A stretch of DNA of 32,000 bases. It comes from an uncultured Erysipelotrichaceae bacterium. Lineage in GTDB: Bacteria; Bacillota_I; Bacilli_A; Erysipelotrichales; Erysipelotrichaceae. Positions 1-8,963 of the stretch are shown one piece after another (positions within the stretch are counted from its first letter, which is position 1; the number at the start of each line of letters is the position of its first letter). The notes beneath the pieces were generated by a model. It saw only the letters and a program-made list of their open reading frames with translations. It made no database searches and had not been told where the DNA came from. The DNA is taken from positions 450,001 through 482,000 of the forward strand of contig OW818653.1 in assembly GCA_942492995.1 (NCBI GenBank), given 5' to 3'. Position numbers and translations under genes: made by a program.

Positions 1-1304
1 CAAACGCTTCACTTAATGCCAGTGATTTAAGTTCATTTGCGATTACCAATCAACGTGAAACAACCATCGTATGGGAAAAATCAACCGGTGAAGCAGTTTA
101 TCCTGCAATCGTATGGCAATCACGTCAATCTGCTTTCTATTGTGAAGACCTTAAACAAAAAGGGTTTGAACCATTCGTTAAAAAGAAAACTGGACTTGTG
201 ATCGATTCATACTTCTCCGCAAGTAAAATACGTTTTATCCTCGATGAAATCAAAGATGGACAAGAACGTGCAGATGCCGGAGAGTTATTATTTGGTACAA
301 TCGACACATGGCTCGTTTATCATTTATCTATGGGTAAATACTTTGTGAGTGATGTAAGTAATGCGTCACGTACACTTCTAATGAACATTGAGAAATGTCA
401 GTGGGATCCTAAATTGCTCGATATTTGGAACATTCCTCTATCCATGTGTGCTGAGATTGTCGATACAGCAGGGAATATCGCTGTATGTGATAAACATTGG
501 TTTGGAATTGATGTGCCGATTAGCGCAATCGTTGGCGACCAACAATCAGCTTTATTTGGTCAACTCTGTTTAAATGCAGGGGATGTCAAGAATACCTATG
601 GAACAGGTTGTTTCCTACTAATGAATACAGGTGATCAACGCATTGAATCAAAGAATGGTTTACTAACTACTGTAGCTTGGCGTAAACATGGTAAAATAAC
701 CTATGCGCTAGAAGGTTCGGTGTTTGTGGCAGGTGCCGCTATACAATGGTTACGCGATGGTCTACATCTTATAAGTACGTCAAGTGAATCTGAAACAAAG
801 GCATTAAGTATTCCTTCCAGTGATGGAGTGGTTGTCGTACCGGCATTTGTAGGACTTGGTGCACCGTATTGGCAAAGCGATGTACAAGGCGCAATCTTTG
901 GCTTAACACGCGGCACAACCGATGCACATATTGTACGTGCTACCCTTGAATCACTCGCATTACAAACCTACGATGTTGTCGAGGCGATGCAAGAAGATTC
1001 AATGATTAAATTAACCAAATTACAAGTTGATGGAGGCGCAAGTCAAAACAACTATCTTATGGAATTTCAAGCTGGCTTACTCGGAGTGGATGTCATCCGA
1101 CCAGCGATTTCAGAAACCACAGCCCTTGGCGCATGTATGTTAGCCGGATTAGCGGTGGGTGTATTCAAAGATGAAGCAGAACTTTTCAGTAAATGGAAAA
1201 CAGCGAAACGCTTCTTACCGGATATGACGAAATCGAAACAAATCGACATTCTAGAACAGTGGAAACGCGCCATCAAAGCTGTGTTGTCGTTTAAAGAACA
1301 TTAA
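1..1304 (+). CDS. glpK: Glycerol kinase, N-terminus cut off by the window edge
   Basis: Frame 3 is open from nt 3 (NASLNASDLSSFAITNQRETTIVWEK..AIVWQSRQS) and runs into the track ORF, so the GTG at 198 is internal. FGGY/GlpK hallmarks are present: ITNQRETT, VWQSRQ, GDQQSALFGQ, KNTYGTGCF, VPAFVGLGAPYW, QVDGGAS. Confidence 0.95.
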   Translation, partial: NASLNASDLSSFAITNQRETTIVWEKSTGEAVYPAIVWQSRQSAFYCEDLKQKGFEPFVKKKTGLVIDSYFSASKIRFILDEIKDGQERADAGELLFGTIDTWLVYHLSMGKYFVSDVSNASRTLLMNIEKCQWDPKLLDIWNIPLSMCAEIVDTAGNIAVCDKHWFGIDVPISAIVGDQQSALFGQLCLNAGDVKNTYGTGCFLLMNTGDQRIESKNGLLTTVAWRKHGKITYALEGSVFVAGAAIQWLRDGLHLISTSSESETKALSIPSSDGVVVVPAFVGLGAPYWQSDVQGAIFGLTRGTTDAHIVRATLESLALQTYDVVEAMQEDSMIKLTKLQVDGGASQNNYLMEFQAGLLGVDVIRPAISETTALGACMLAGLAVGVFKDEAELFSKWKTAKRFLPDMTKSKQIDILEQWKRAIKAVLSFKEH

Positions 1305-1305
1305 C

Positions 1306-1686
1306 ATGAATCGTTATGATAAAGCATTGGTTATATTCATCCTAATTAGCTCTGTAGTGCTCTATGGCAGTATGGAGTGGTTTGTGCGCGCAAGTACAAA
1401 CGATAAGGTTGTTGCGGTTGTATCGTATCGCGAAGAAGAAGTTCTTCGTATCGATATGAGTGTAGATAATACCTATATCGTCGAAGGAACACTCGGTGAT
1501 GTATTTATTGAAGTAAAAGATAAAGCATTACGTGTTGAAAAAGAAACATCGCCATATCATCTTTGTTCCATTCAAGGATGGGTTGAGTTTGCGAATGTTC
1601 CAATCGTTTGTTTACCCAATCATATTGTGATTATGATTGAGAATGCGGAAGTCAATCCAGATGGAGAGGATAGTGTGATTCAATGA
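1306..1686 (+). CDS. Small membrane-anchored protein, NusG domain II-like (DUF1312-like)
   Basis: 126 aa with one N-terminal TM helix (ALVIFILISSVVLYG), then a beta-rich domain ending in HLCSIQGWVEF..PIVCLPNHIVIMIE. I associate this pattern with stand-alone NusG-II proteins. It is ATGA-coupled to the next gene, its usual partner family. Family assignment is from memory, not a search. Confidence 0.5.
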   Translation: MNRYDKALVIFILISSVVLYGSMEWFVRASTNDKVVAVVSYREEEVLRIDMSVDNTYIVEGTLGDVFIEVKDKALRVEKETSPYHLCSIQGWVEFANVPIVCLPNHIVIMIENAEVNPDGEDSVIQ

Positions 1687-2180
1687 GAAAACATAGTCCA
1701 ACCCGTCGTTTAACACTTATTACCATGTTGCTCGCAATGAGCATTTTAATGCATATGATCGAACCATCTTTACCGATTCCAATTCCTGGGGTTAAACTTG
1801 GTTTAGCGAATATCTTGGGCTTAATCACCTTAATCTTATTTGATGTAAAATCAATGATTATGTTAAACCTAATGCGAGTTATCATTGCGTCCCTTCTTAG
1901 AGGGATTATTTTTGGGACAGGCTTCTGGTTATCCATGGGAGGCGTTGTCGCTAGTACACTTATTACATTAATTTTATATAAAACAAAGAAATTTACACCG
2001 ATTGGACTCAGCGTTGCGTCCAGTGCTTTTCATGGTTTAGGACAAATCATTGTGTTGATCTTTATCAATCAAACCGCAATGATGATCTATTGGCTACCAT
2101 TACTTTGGTTCAGCGCAATCCCAACAGGTTGGGTCACTGGTACCTTAAGTAGTCAAGTTCTTAAACGTTTAAAAGCATAA
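1683..2180 (+). CDS. Polytopic membrane protein, Gx transporter / heptaprenyl diphosphate synthase component I-like family
   Basis: 165 aa, about 5 hydrophobic helices, PIPGVKLGLANILGLI motif. ATG 1683 overlaps the upstream TGA (ATGA). A hairpin plus T-tract follows at 2181-2204. Confidence 0.55.
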   Translation: MRKHSPTRRLTLITMLLAMSILMHMIEPSLPIPIPGVKLGLANILGLITLILFDVKSMIMLNLMRVIIASLLRGIIFGTGFWLSMGGVVASTLITLILYKTKKFTPIGLSVASSAFHGLGQIIVLIFINQTAMMIYWLPLLWFSAIPTGWVTGTLSSQVLKRLKA

Positions 2181-2204
2181 ACAGTGTTAGCACTGTTTTA
2201 TTTT
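2181..2204 (+). terminator. Intrinsic terminator after the Gx-transporter gene
   Basis: ACAGTG(2181-2186)-TTAG-CACTGT(2191-2196) followed by TTTATTTT. Confidence 0.65.
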
Positions 2205-2214
2205 GGGGTATAAT
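2187..2214 (+). promoter_or_regulatory. Predicted sigma-A promoter for the ABC exporter pair
   Basis: TTAGCA (2187-2192), 16-nt spacer, TATAAT (2209-2214). The -35 sits in the loop and 3' arm of the preceding terminator. The track's TTG 2203 start lies inside this promoter. Confidence 0.5.
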
Positions 2215-2235
2215 AGAAAAAGATTTGAGGAACAT

Positions 2236-4032
2236 ATGACACTATTAAACTTGTTTTTAACGTATTTAAAAGGCTTAAGACTCCGCATGTTGAGTCTTTT
2301 TGGGATAGTTATATCCTACGTCAGCCTAACGCTCATTTCGCCACTCTTATTCGCATTCTTAATCGATAACGTCATCAATTTAGAACCGATCACTTCCAAC
2401 TGGTTAATCTGGTATTCCAATCTATTCGGAGGTGTCGATCGTATTCGAACACATCTCTGGTTGGCAGCTTTAATGATTATCGCAGTAAACTTAATTATTT
2501 TCGTCTTAATGTATTTCAGAGGACGCTTAAACGGAGTCATCAGTGAACGCTACGTTGAGAAACTACGCAACGACCTATTCAAACATCTACAGTATTTCCC
2601 ATATCATGCACATGTAAACGCAAAGAGTGGGGATTTAATCCAACGTTGTACATCCGATGTCGACACGATTCGTCGTTTCTTAGCCGGTCAAGTTGCGGAA
2701 CTTATTTATGCGACATCCATGGCAATTATCGCCATGATTATCTTATTACAGATCAATCTACGCTTAGCTTTAATCTCAATGATAAGTTTACCGTTTTTAG
2801 TCATCTTCGCGTATGTCTTCTTTATGCGTATGCAAAAAGTATTTACGAGTAGTGATGAAGCAGAAGGTGAATTATCAACTGTCCTACAAGAAAGTTTATC
2901 TGGTGTGAGGGTTGTTAAGGCATTTAATCGCGAAGTATTCGAACTCAAGAAATTTGATGAAAAGAACAGTAAGTATAAGAACTTAACGTATAAATTAATC
3001 GAATTATTAGGTATCTATTGGGCAAGTAGTGATTTAGTTGTACTCACCCAAATCTTCGTGGTTGTCATATTCGGTATCTACGCAGCTCAAGCAGGTGAAA
3101 TCACCGTTGGACAGTTCTTCGTATTCTTATCCTATGAATCGATGATTCTATGGCCAATTCGTAATATCGGACGTATCTTATCAGACTTAGGTAAAATGAT
3201 TGTTTCATTACGTCGATTAAAAGAAATCTTTGATGAACCGATGGAAGATATTGAATCTGGCGATATCGTTGATATCAAAGGTGATATCGTATTTGAACAT
3301 GTACGTTTCCAATATGAAGATGGAAATCAACCAGTCCTCGAAGATGTTAGTTTTACCATTAAAGAAGGTGAAACACTTGCGATATTAGGTCCAACAGGAA
3401 GTGGTAAATCATCCCTCGTACATTTATTAACCCGTCTATATGAATACAATTCAGGATCCATTAAATTAAATGGACATGAACTGAACACCATTCAGAAGAA
3501 ACACTTAAGACATAATATAGGTATCGTTTTACAAGAACCTTTCTTGTTCTCTAAAACGATCCTTGAGAATATTCGTTTAGCACAACCCAATGCGGATGAA
3601 AGTGCAGTCAAGAAAGCCGCAGAAATGGCCGCAGTTCATCGTGTTATTCATGAATTTGATTTAGGCTATAAAACGCTTGTTGGGGAAAAGGGTGTCACAC
3701 TTTCGGGTGGGCAGAAACAACGTATTGCGATTGCACGTACGATCTTGAACCAAACACCTATTTTAATCTTTGATGATTCTTTATCCGCGGTTGATACACA
3801 TACCGATGAGAAGATTCGTCATGCCTTAAAAGAACGTGCGGCAGGTGTAACAACCTTGATTATTACGCATCGCGTAGCATCTGCGATGCAAGCCGATAAG
3901 ATTATTATTTTAGAAAATGGAAAAATCAGCCAACAAGGAACACATGCGTCCTTGAGTGAACAGGATGGTTTATACCGCCGCATCGTGACCATACAAAGTC
4001 AGATGATTGAAGGAGGTGAAGAAGATGAGTGA
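2236..4032 (+). CDS. ABC exporter, fused permease/ATPase, subunit 1 (degenerate-site partner, LmrC/TM287-like)
   Basis: Start moved to ATG 2236 (GAGGA at 2227-2231). Six-helix TMD plus NBD: Walker A GPTGSGKSS, signature LSGGQKQR. Walker B is ILIFDDS, with Asp replacing the catalytic Glu. H-loop ITHR. Confidence 0.9.
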   Translation: MTLLNLFLTYLKGLRLRMLSLFGIVISYVSLTLISPLLFAFLIDNVINLEPITSNWLIWYSNLFGGVDRIRTHLWLAALMIIAVNLIIFVLMYFRGRLNGVISERYVEKLRNDLFKHLQYFPYHAHVNAKSGDLIQRCTSDVDTIRRFLAGQVAELIYATSMAIIAMIILLQINLRLALISMISLPFLVIFAYVFFMRMQKVFTSSDEAEGELSTVLQESLSGVRVVKAFNREVFELKKFDEKNSKYKNLTYKLIELLGIYWASSDLVVLTQIFVVVIFGIYAAQAGEITVGQFFVFLSYESMILWPIRNIGRILSDLGKMIVSLRRLKEIFDEPMEDIESGDIVDIKGDIVFEHVRFQYEDGNQPVLEDVSFTIKEGETLAILGPTGSGKSSLVHLLTRLYEYNSGSIKLNGHELNTIQKKHLRHNIGIVLQEPFLFSKTILENIRLAQPNADESAVKKAAEMAAVHRVIHEFDLGYKTLVGEKGVTLSGGQKQRIAIARTILNQTPILIFDDSLSAVDTHTDEKIRHALKERAAGVTTLIITHRVASAMQADKIIILENGKISQQGTHASLSEQDGLYRRIVTIQSQMIEGGEEDE

Positions 4033-5881
4033 ACATTTTGAGGAACAAGAGTTTAATACGGATCATTTAGATACCAAACTATGGAGTAAAGTATTAAAAC
4101 ACTTCTTTATTTATAAGAAAGATTTAACAATTATTTTTATATCAATGATTTTAATTGCGTGTGTCGACATCGCATTTCCGTTTCTAAATAAAACGGCGAT
4201 TGATTACTTTGTCTTACAGAACGGTGATTTAAGTCAATTATGGCCATTCGGATTAGGCTATGGATTCTTAATTTTAATCCAAGTATTCGTTGTGTACTTC
4301 TTTATCAAACATACTGGTAAAGTAGAAATGCAATTTGCGTATGATATCCGTAACCAAGCTTTCAAGAAACTCCAAGAACTATCCTTTAGTTACTTCGATA
4401 AAACACCACAGGGATGGATTATGGCACGTATGACCAGTGATATTGGTCGATTAGCTGATATTGTTTCATGGTCAATTATTGATTTAATCTGGGGATCTAC
4501 CCTCATTATTGGGGTTAGTATCGTCATGTTAATTGTGAACTGGAAGTTAGCGATGTTAGTGCTGATTGTTGTGCCACTTTTAGCGTACATCAGTGTCATC
4601 TTCCAAAAGAAAATCCTACAACGTTACCGTTTAACCCGTAAGATTAACTCTAAGATTACCGCATCGTATAGTGAAGGTATCTTAGGTGCTAAAACATCTA
4701 AGACAATGGGCTTAGAAGATAAACAAAGTGCAGAATTTAGAGAATTAACGTATTCCATGAAGTCAGAATCCGTAAAAGCCGCAATCCTATCCGCCGCATT
4801 TATGCCAATTGTCATGGGTTTAGGCGCATTCTCTTCCTCGATGTTAATTTGGATTGGTGGCCAACAAGTCCTTGTTGGGACCATCGCATTTGGAACACTC
4901 GTATTGTTTACACAGTACGCAAGTCAATTCTTTGAACCACTACGTCAAATAGCACGATTATTAGCCGAATTCCAAATGGCACAAGCATCCGCAGAACGTG
5001 TACTAAGTTTACTCAATGCGGAAGTTGATTTAGTCGATAAAGAAGAAGTTATTAAGAAATATGGTTCTATCTTAGAACCTAAAACTGATATTTATGAAAA
5101 AGTAAAAGGAGATGTGACATTTGATCATGTAAGCTTCTCCTATAAAACAGAAGAACCCGTACTAACGGATTTCAATCTAACGGTATACGCTGGACAAACC
5201 ATCGCATTGGTAGGCGAAACTGGTAGCGGTAAGAGTACAATTGTAAACCTTATCTGTCGATTCTATGAACCAACGGGTGGTGTTATCCGTGTAGATGGTG
5301 TAGACACCAAAGATCGATCCCTCGGATGGTTACACAGTAATCTAGGCTATGTCTTACAAGCACCACATTTGTTTTCAGGAACCATTAAAGAAAATATTCG
5401 ATATGGTGACCTTAACGCAAGTGATGAGGCTATCATTGAAGCCGCAAAACGTGTATCCGCTGACGAATTTATCATGAACATGGAAAATGGTTATGATACT
5501 GAAGTAGGTGAGGGTGGCGGACGTCTATCGACTGGTCAGAAACAACTCATCTCATTCGCACGTGCTATCTTAGCGAATCCAAGTATCTTTATCCTTGATG
5601 AAGCAAGTTCAAGCATTGATACAGAAACTGAACAAATCATACAAACTGCGATTGAATCTGTCTTAAAAGATAAAACGACATTCATTATTGCGCACCGCTT
5701 ATCAACCATTGTAAATGCGGATCGTATCTTACTCATCGACAAAGGTGTCATCGTCGAAGATGGAACACATGGTCAATTGATGAAATTAAAAGGTCGATAT
5801 TACCGCTTATATACCAATCAGTTCAATGAAGATCGTCAGAATGAACTCTTAGATATCAAATTGGAAGGACGTACATTATGA
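4025..5881 (+). CDS. ABC exporter, fused permease/ATPase, subunit 2 (consensus-site partner, LmrD/TM288-like)
   Basis: Start moved from track TTG 4007 to ATG 4025 (AGGAGG 4011-4016, 8-nt spacing). It overlaps the subunit 1 stop by 8 nt. Walker A GETGSGKST, Walker B FILDEAS (canonical Glu), non-canonical signature LSTGQKQL. Confidence 0.9.
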   Translation: MSEHFEEQEFNTDHLDTKLWSKVLKHFFIYKKDLTIIFISMILIACVDIAFPFLNKTAIDYFVLQNGDLSQLWPFGLGYGFLILIQVFVVYFFIKHTGKVEMQFAYDIRNQAFKKLQELSFSYFDKTPQGWIMARMTSDIGRLADIVSWSIIDLIWGSTLIIGVSIVMLIVNWKLAMLVLIVVPLLAYISVIFQKKILQRYRLTRKINSKITASYSEGILGAKTSKTMGLEDKQSAEFRELTYSMKSESVKAAILSAAFMPIVMGLGAFSSSMLIWIGGQQVLVGTIAFGTLVLFTQYASQFFEPLRQIARLLAEFQMAQASAERVLSLLNAEVDLVDKEEVIKKYGSILEPKTDIYEKVKGDVTFDHVSFSYKTEEPVLTDFNLTVYAGQTIALVGETGSGKSTIVNLICRFYEPTGGVIRVDGVDTKDRSLGWLHSNLGYVLQAPHLFSGTIKENIRYGDLNASDEAIIEAAKRVSADEFIMNMENGYDTEVGEGGGRLSTGQKQLISFARAILANPSIFILDEASSSIDTETEQIIQTAIESVLKDKTTFIIAHRLSTIVNADRILLIDKGVIVEDGTHGQLMKLKGRYYRLYTNQFNEDRQNELLDIKLEGRTL

Positions 5882-6369
5882 AACTCAATCTAACTCAGCT
5901 TATCCCTTACCAAAATGAACTCGATGAGCGCATTATGAACCAACATCATGAAACACGTGTTAATACGCAATTAAAACGTGTCTTAGCCCTTGTGGTTGAG
6001 ATTAGTGAATTAGCGAATGAAACACGTTCGTTCAAGTACTGGAGTCTTAAAGGACCCAGTGAAAAAGATGTACTATTGGAAGAATTTAGTGATAGTATTC
6101 ACTTTATTCTTTCTCTAGGAATTGATTTACATAAACATGAACTTACAGTTGAATGCGATGATACAGCTTATGATCTAAGTCGTTTATTCTTAGAGTGGAC
6201 AGAATCCGCAACACAATTAAAAGATCTATTTAATGAGGATACGTTTATTAACTGTGCGAATTATTGCGCAAAAATCGCATATACGTTGAATTTCAGTGAA
6301 GAAGAAGTCATTGCGACGTATTTAAAGAAAAATCAGAAGAATCATACCCGTCAAGACCAAGCGTACTAA
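5878..6369 (+). CDS. All-alpha dimeric dUTPase-like NTP pyrophosphohydrolase (dUTPase_2 family)
   Basis: 163 aa. The QNELDERI..LALVVEISELANETRSFKYW..EEFSDSIHFILSLG pattern matches Firmicute dimeric dUTPase-family proteins. ATGA-coupled to the ABC subunit 2 stop. Confidence 0.55.
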   Translation: MKLNLTQLIPYQNELDERIMNQHHETRVNTQLKRVLALVVEISELANETRSFKYWSLKGPSEKDVLLEEFSDSIHFILSLGIDLHKHELTVECDDTAYDLSRLFLEWTESATQLKDLFNEDTFINCANYCAKIAYTLNFSEEEVIATYLKKNQKNHTRQDQAY

Positions 6370-6383
6370 TACGCGTATTAAAC

Positions 6384-6412
6384 TTGTTTCAGTAGGGTGT
6401 GAGTTGTATAAT
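6384..6412 (+). promoter_or_regulatory. Predicted sigma-A promoter for the M42 peptidase gene
   Basis: TTGTTT (6384-6389), 17-nt spacer, TATAAT (6407-6412). Confidence 0.5.
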
Positions 6413-6433
6413 AAAACATAAGTGAGGCAGAAT

Positions 6434-7546
6434 ATGAGTGAAAAAGTACTAAAAATAGAAGAGGCATATGGTGATTTAAACCTTGAAATGATGAAGGAAT
6501 TCACCGAAGTAAATGGTATTTCCGGAAATGAAAAAGCAGTAACACGTGTAATGAAGAAGTGGTTAAGTGACGTAGCAGATGAAGTCAGCTATGATAACTT
6601 AGGATCACTTATCGTAACAAAAAAAGGTAGTGGTTTAGGACCTAAATTAATGTTAGCGGGACATGTCGATGAAATCGGATTTGTCGTCCGTAGTATTGAT
6701 GATAAAGGTTTTGTACGCTTAGCTCCAGTTGGAGGTTGGTGGGGACATGTTCTATTGTCTCAAGTATTAACCATCACTACACGCGAAGGTAAAGAATACA
6801 TTGGAATCGTTGGCTCAAAACCTCCACATGGACTTCCACCAGAAGTACGTAATAAAGTAATTGATGTGAAAGACATGTTCTTAGACCTTGGGGTTAAAGA
6901 CAAGAATGAAGTTGAATTATTAGGCATTAAGCCTGGTGATATGGTAACTCCACGCTCTGACTTTAATGTCATGGCTAACCCTAACTATTTAGCGGCTAAA
7001 GCATGGGATGATCGTATTGGCGCAATTATTGCGACAGAAGTTCTACTCCGCTTAAAAGGTGTAAAACATGAAGCAGATATCGTTGCGGTTGGGACGGTTC
7101 AAGAAGAAGTTGGACTACGTGGCGCGAAAACTGCGACATACGCTGTAAAACCTGATATCGGTATTGCGTTAGATGTAACCTTAGCGAATGATATTCCAGG
7201 GGCAGAACCTGGAAGTAAAATGGGGGCAGGTGTAACGCTTGCAATCCAAGATTCATCGCATTTAGGTCACCGTGGTTTCTTAAATTGCTTAACGGATTTA
7301 TCCAAAGAATTAAATCTTGATGTTCAATATGATTTACTTTTAGCAGGTGGAACTGATTCAGGTGAAATGCATAAATCATTTGATGGCATTATCAACGTAA
7401 CCATCTCAATCCCATCTCGTTATATCCATTCTCATCGTGCATTGATTCATCGTAAAGATGTGGCGGACACAATCACATTAATCACAGAATTCGCTAAACG
7501 CTTAAACTGGGATTTATTGGAAAGTATTCGTCAATCCAATCGATAA
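6434..7546 (+). CDS. M42 family metallo-aminopeptidase (glutamyl aminopeptidase / YsdC-like)
   Basis: Start moved from track GTG 6422 to ATG 6434 (GAGG 6424-6427, 6-nt spacing). Motifs GHVDEIGF, QEEVGLRGA, DVT..D and the typical 370-aa length. Confidence 0.85.
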   Translation: MSEKVLKIEEAYGDLNLEMMKEFTEVNGISGNEKAVTRVMKKWLSDVADEVSYDNLGSLIVTKKGSGLGPKLMLAGHVDEIGFVVRSIDDKGFVRLAPVGGWWGHVLLSQVLTITTREGKEYIGIVGSKPPHGLPPEVRNKVIDVKDMFLDLGVKDKNEVELLGIKPGDMVTPRSDFNVMANPNYLAAKAWDDRIGAIIATEVLLRLKGVKHEADIVAVGTVQEEVGLRGAKTATYAVKPDIGIALDVTLANDIPGAEPGSKMGAGVTLAIQDSSHLGHRGFLNCLTDLSKELNLDVQYDLLLAGGTDSGEMHKSFDGIINVTISIPSRYIHSHRALIHRKDVADTITLITEFAKRLNWDLLESIRQSNR

Positions 7547-7551
7547 GCATC

Positions 7552-7575
7552 GCTTCCTTAACAGGAAGCTTTTTT
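7552..7575 (+). terminator. Intrinsic terminator after the M42 peptidase gene
   Basis: GCTTCC(7552-7557)-TTAACA-GGAAGC(7564-7569) followed by TTTTTT. Confidence 0.75.
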
Positions 7576-7585
7576 CTGTTATAAT
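7558..7585 (+). promoter_or_regulatory. Predicted promoter for lspA-rluD, nested in the terminator; leaderless candidate
   Basis: TTAACA (7558-7563, the terminator loop), 16-nt spacer including TG, then TGtTATAAT (7577-7585). ATG 7593 begins 7 nt after the -10, with no SD in between. Confidence 0.5.
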
Positions 7586-7592
7586 GTACCAT

Positions 7593-8069
7593 ATGAAGAT
7601 TAAAAAACACGAACTTCTCCTTGTTGGAGTGATTGTCGCACTGGATGCCATAACCAAAGCCACAATCTCAAGAGTATTTGAATATGGCGAACGCTTTGAA
7701 GTAATCAAAGATTTCTTTTGGTTAACGTATCTCAAAAACACAGGTGCGGCATGGAGTATCCTCGAAGGACAGAAATGGTTCTTCGTGATTGTTGCGTTTA
7801 TCGCAATGTGTGCTATGCTATACTTCTTTGTTAAATCAGAAAACAAACAAACGATCTATCGATTAAGTCTATTGTGCTTATTTGCAGGTACGTTAGGTAA
7901 CTTTATGGATCGAGCAATGTTAGGTTATGTTAGAGATTTCTTATCGTTTAAGATTGTTACGTATTATTTCCCCGTCTTCAATGTGGCGGATATTAGTTTA
8001 AATATTGGAGTAGGATTACTCATCCTAGATTCCTTATTAGAAAGTAGACAAACCAATGGAAAACTTTGA
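7593..8069 (+). CDS. lspA: Lipoprotein signal peptidase II
   Basis: NTGAAWSIL, NFMDR, GYVRDFLSF and FNVADISLNIG motifs. The track ATG 7584 lies inside the predicted -10 box, so ATG 7593 is preferred. The start is uncertain by 3 codons. Confidence 0.9.
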   Translation: MKIKKHELLLVGVIVALDAITKATISRVFEYGERFEVIKDFFWLTYLKNTGAAWSILEGQKWFFVIVAFIAMCAMLYFFVKSENKQTIYRLSLLCLFAGTLGNFMDRAMLGYVRDFLSFKIVTYYFPVFNVADISLNIGVGLLILDSLLESRQTNGKL

Positions 8070-8961
8070 ATATTGTGTATTAGAAACCCAAAACGGGACA
8101 CGCATCGATAAATTATTAACGGAATTATTACCCGATTTTTCACGTTCACGCGTCCAACAACTGATTGAAGAAGGGTATGTGACCGTAAATGATTTAGAGA
8201 CTAAATCAAACTATAAGGCAAAGACAAACGATATTATTACTGCAGAATGGCCTGAAGATGCGGAATTAGAAGTAGAACCTGAAGAAATGGATTTAGATAT
8301 TCTCTATGAAGATAGTGATATCGTAGTCATAAATAAACCAAAAGGAATGGTAGTACATCCAGGTGCTGGAAATACAAGCCATACTTTAGTAAATGGATTA
8401 TTAGCACATTGTAAAGACTTATCAGGAATCAATGGAGTATTACGTCCAGGAATTGTACATCGTATCGATAAAGATACCAGTGGTTGTCTTGTTGTCGCAA
8501 AGAATGATCTTGCGCACCAAGTCTTAAGTGAACAATTATCATCGAAGACCATGAAACGTACGTATTTAGCGCTTGTCCATGGTGTTTTAAACCATAACGT
8601 TGGGACAATTGAAGCCCCAATCGGTCGTGATAAAGGGGATCGTCAAAAAATGACGGTTACTTCAATCGGAAGTCGTCCAGCTGTTACACATTTTACGGTT
8701 GTTAAACGTTTCGAAAAAATGACACTGGTTGAATGTAAACTTGAAACAGGTCGTACACATCAAATTCGTGTTCACTTCCAATACATCGGTTATCCGATTG
8801 TTGGTGATCCTAAGTACTCCATTCGTAGTACATTAGATACCCAAGGTCAATGTCTACATGCCTATAAAATCGAATTTGTACATCCACGTACCCATGAATT
8901 AATGCAATTTAGTGCTGAAATGCCTGAAGTCTTTAAAAAGGTATTAGAGGAGTTAGTTTAA
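8056..8961 (+). CDS. rluD: 23S rRNA pseudouridine synthase, RluA/RluD family
   Basis: N-terminal S4 domain (RIDKLLTELLPDFSRSRVQQLIEEGYVTVN) and catalytic HRIDKDTSG. This is the classical lspA-rluD pair; it overlaps lspA by 14 nt. Confidence 0.9.
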   Translation: MENFEYCVLETQNGTRIDKLLTELLPDFSRSRVQQLIEEGYVTVNDLETKSNYKAKTNDIITAEWPEDAELEVEPEEMDLDILYEDSDIVVINKPKGMVVHPGAGNTSHTLVNGLLAHCKDLSGINGVLRPGIVHRIDKDTSGCLVVAKNDLAHQVLSEQLSSKTMKRTYLALVHGVLNHNVGTIEAPIGRDKGDRQKMTVTSIGSRPAVTHFTVVKRFEKMTLVECKLETGRTHQIRVHFQYIGYPIVGDPKYSIRSTLDTQGQCLHAYKIEFVHPRTHELMQFSAEMPEVFKKVLEELV

Positions 8962-8963
8962 GT

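Noticed and set aside
2187-2213. A second CIRCE-like element (TTAGCACTG-N9-GGGGTATAA).
   Set aside because: Only the left half resembles CIRCE. The right half matches 5 of 9 positions and is really the -10 region. The left half is fully explained as part of the terminator hairpin.
6361-6377. A hairpin/palindrome (GCGTA-CTAA-TACGC, TACGCGTA) at the end of the dUTPase-like gene, considered as a terminator.
   Set aside because: The stem is only 5 bp and no T-tract follows. It is probably fortuitous.
7026-7846. Long ORFs nested inside annotated genes. These include 7026-7379 (117 aa) and 7514-7846 (110 aa), plus the other 60-105-aa nested ORFs in the track (for example 701-916, 1652-1936, 9206-9523, 20146-20442, 24169-24375).
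   Set aside because: Each lies inside a gene with unmistakable family motifs, either antisense or out of frame. None has an SD or promoter context. Their Leu/His/Ser/Ile-rich, low-complexity translations are what off-frames of AT-rich genes produce. I treat them as track artefacts.
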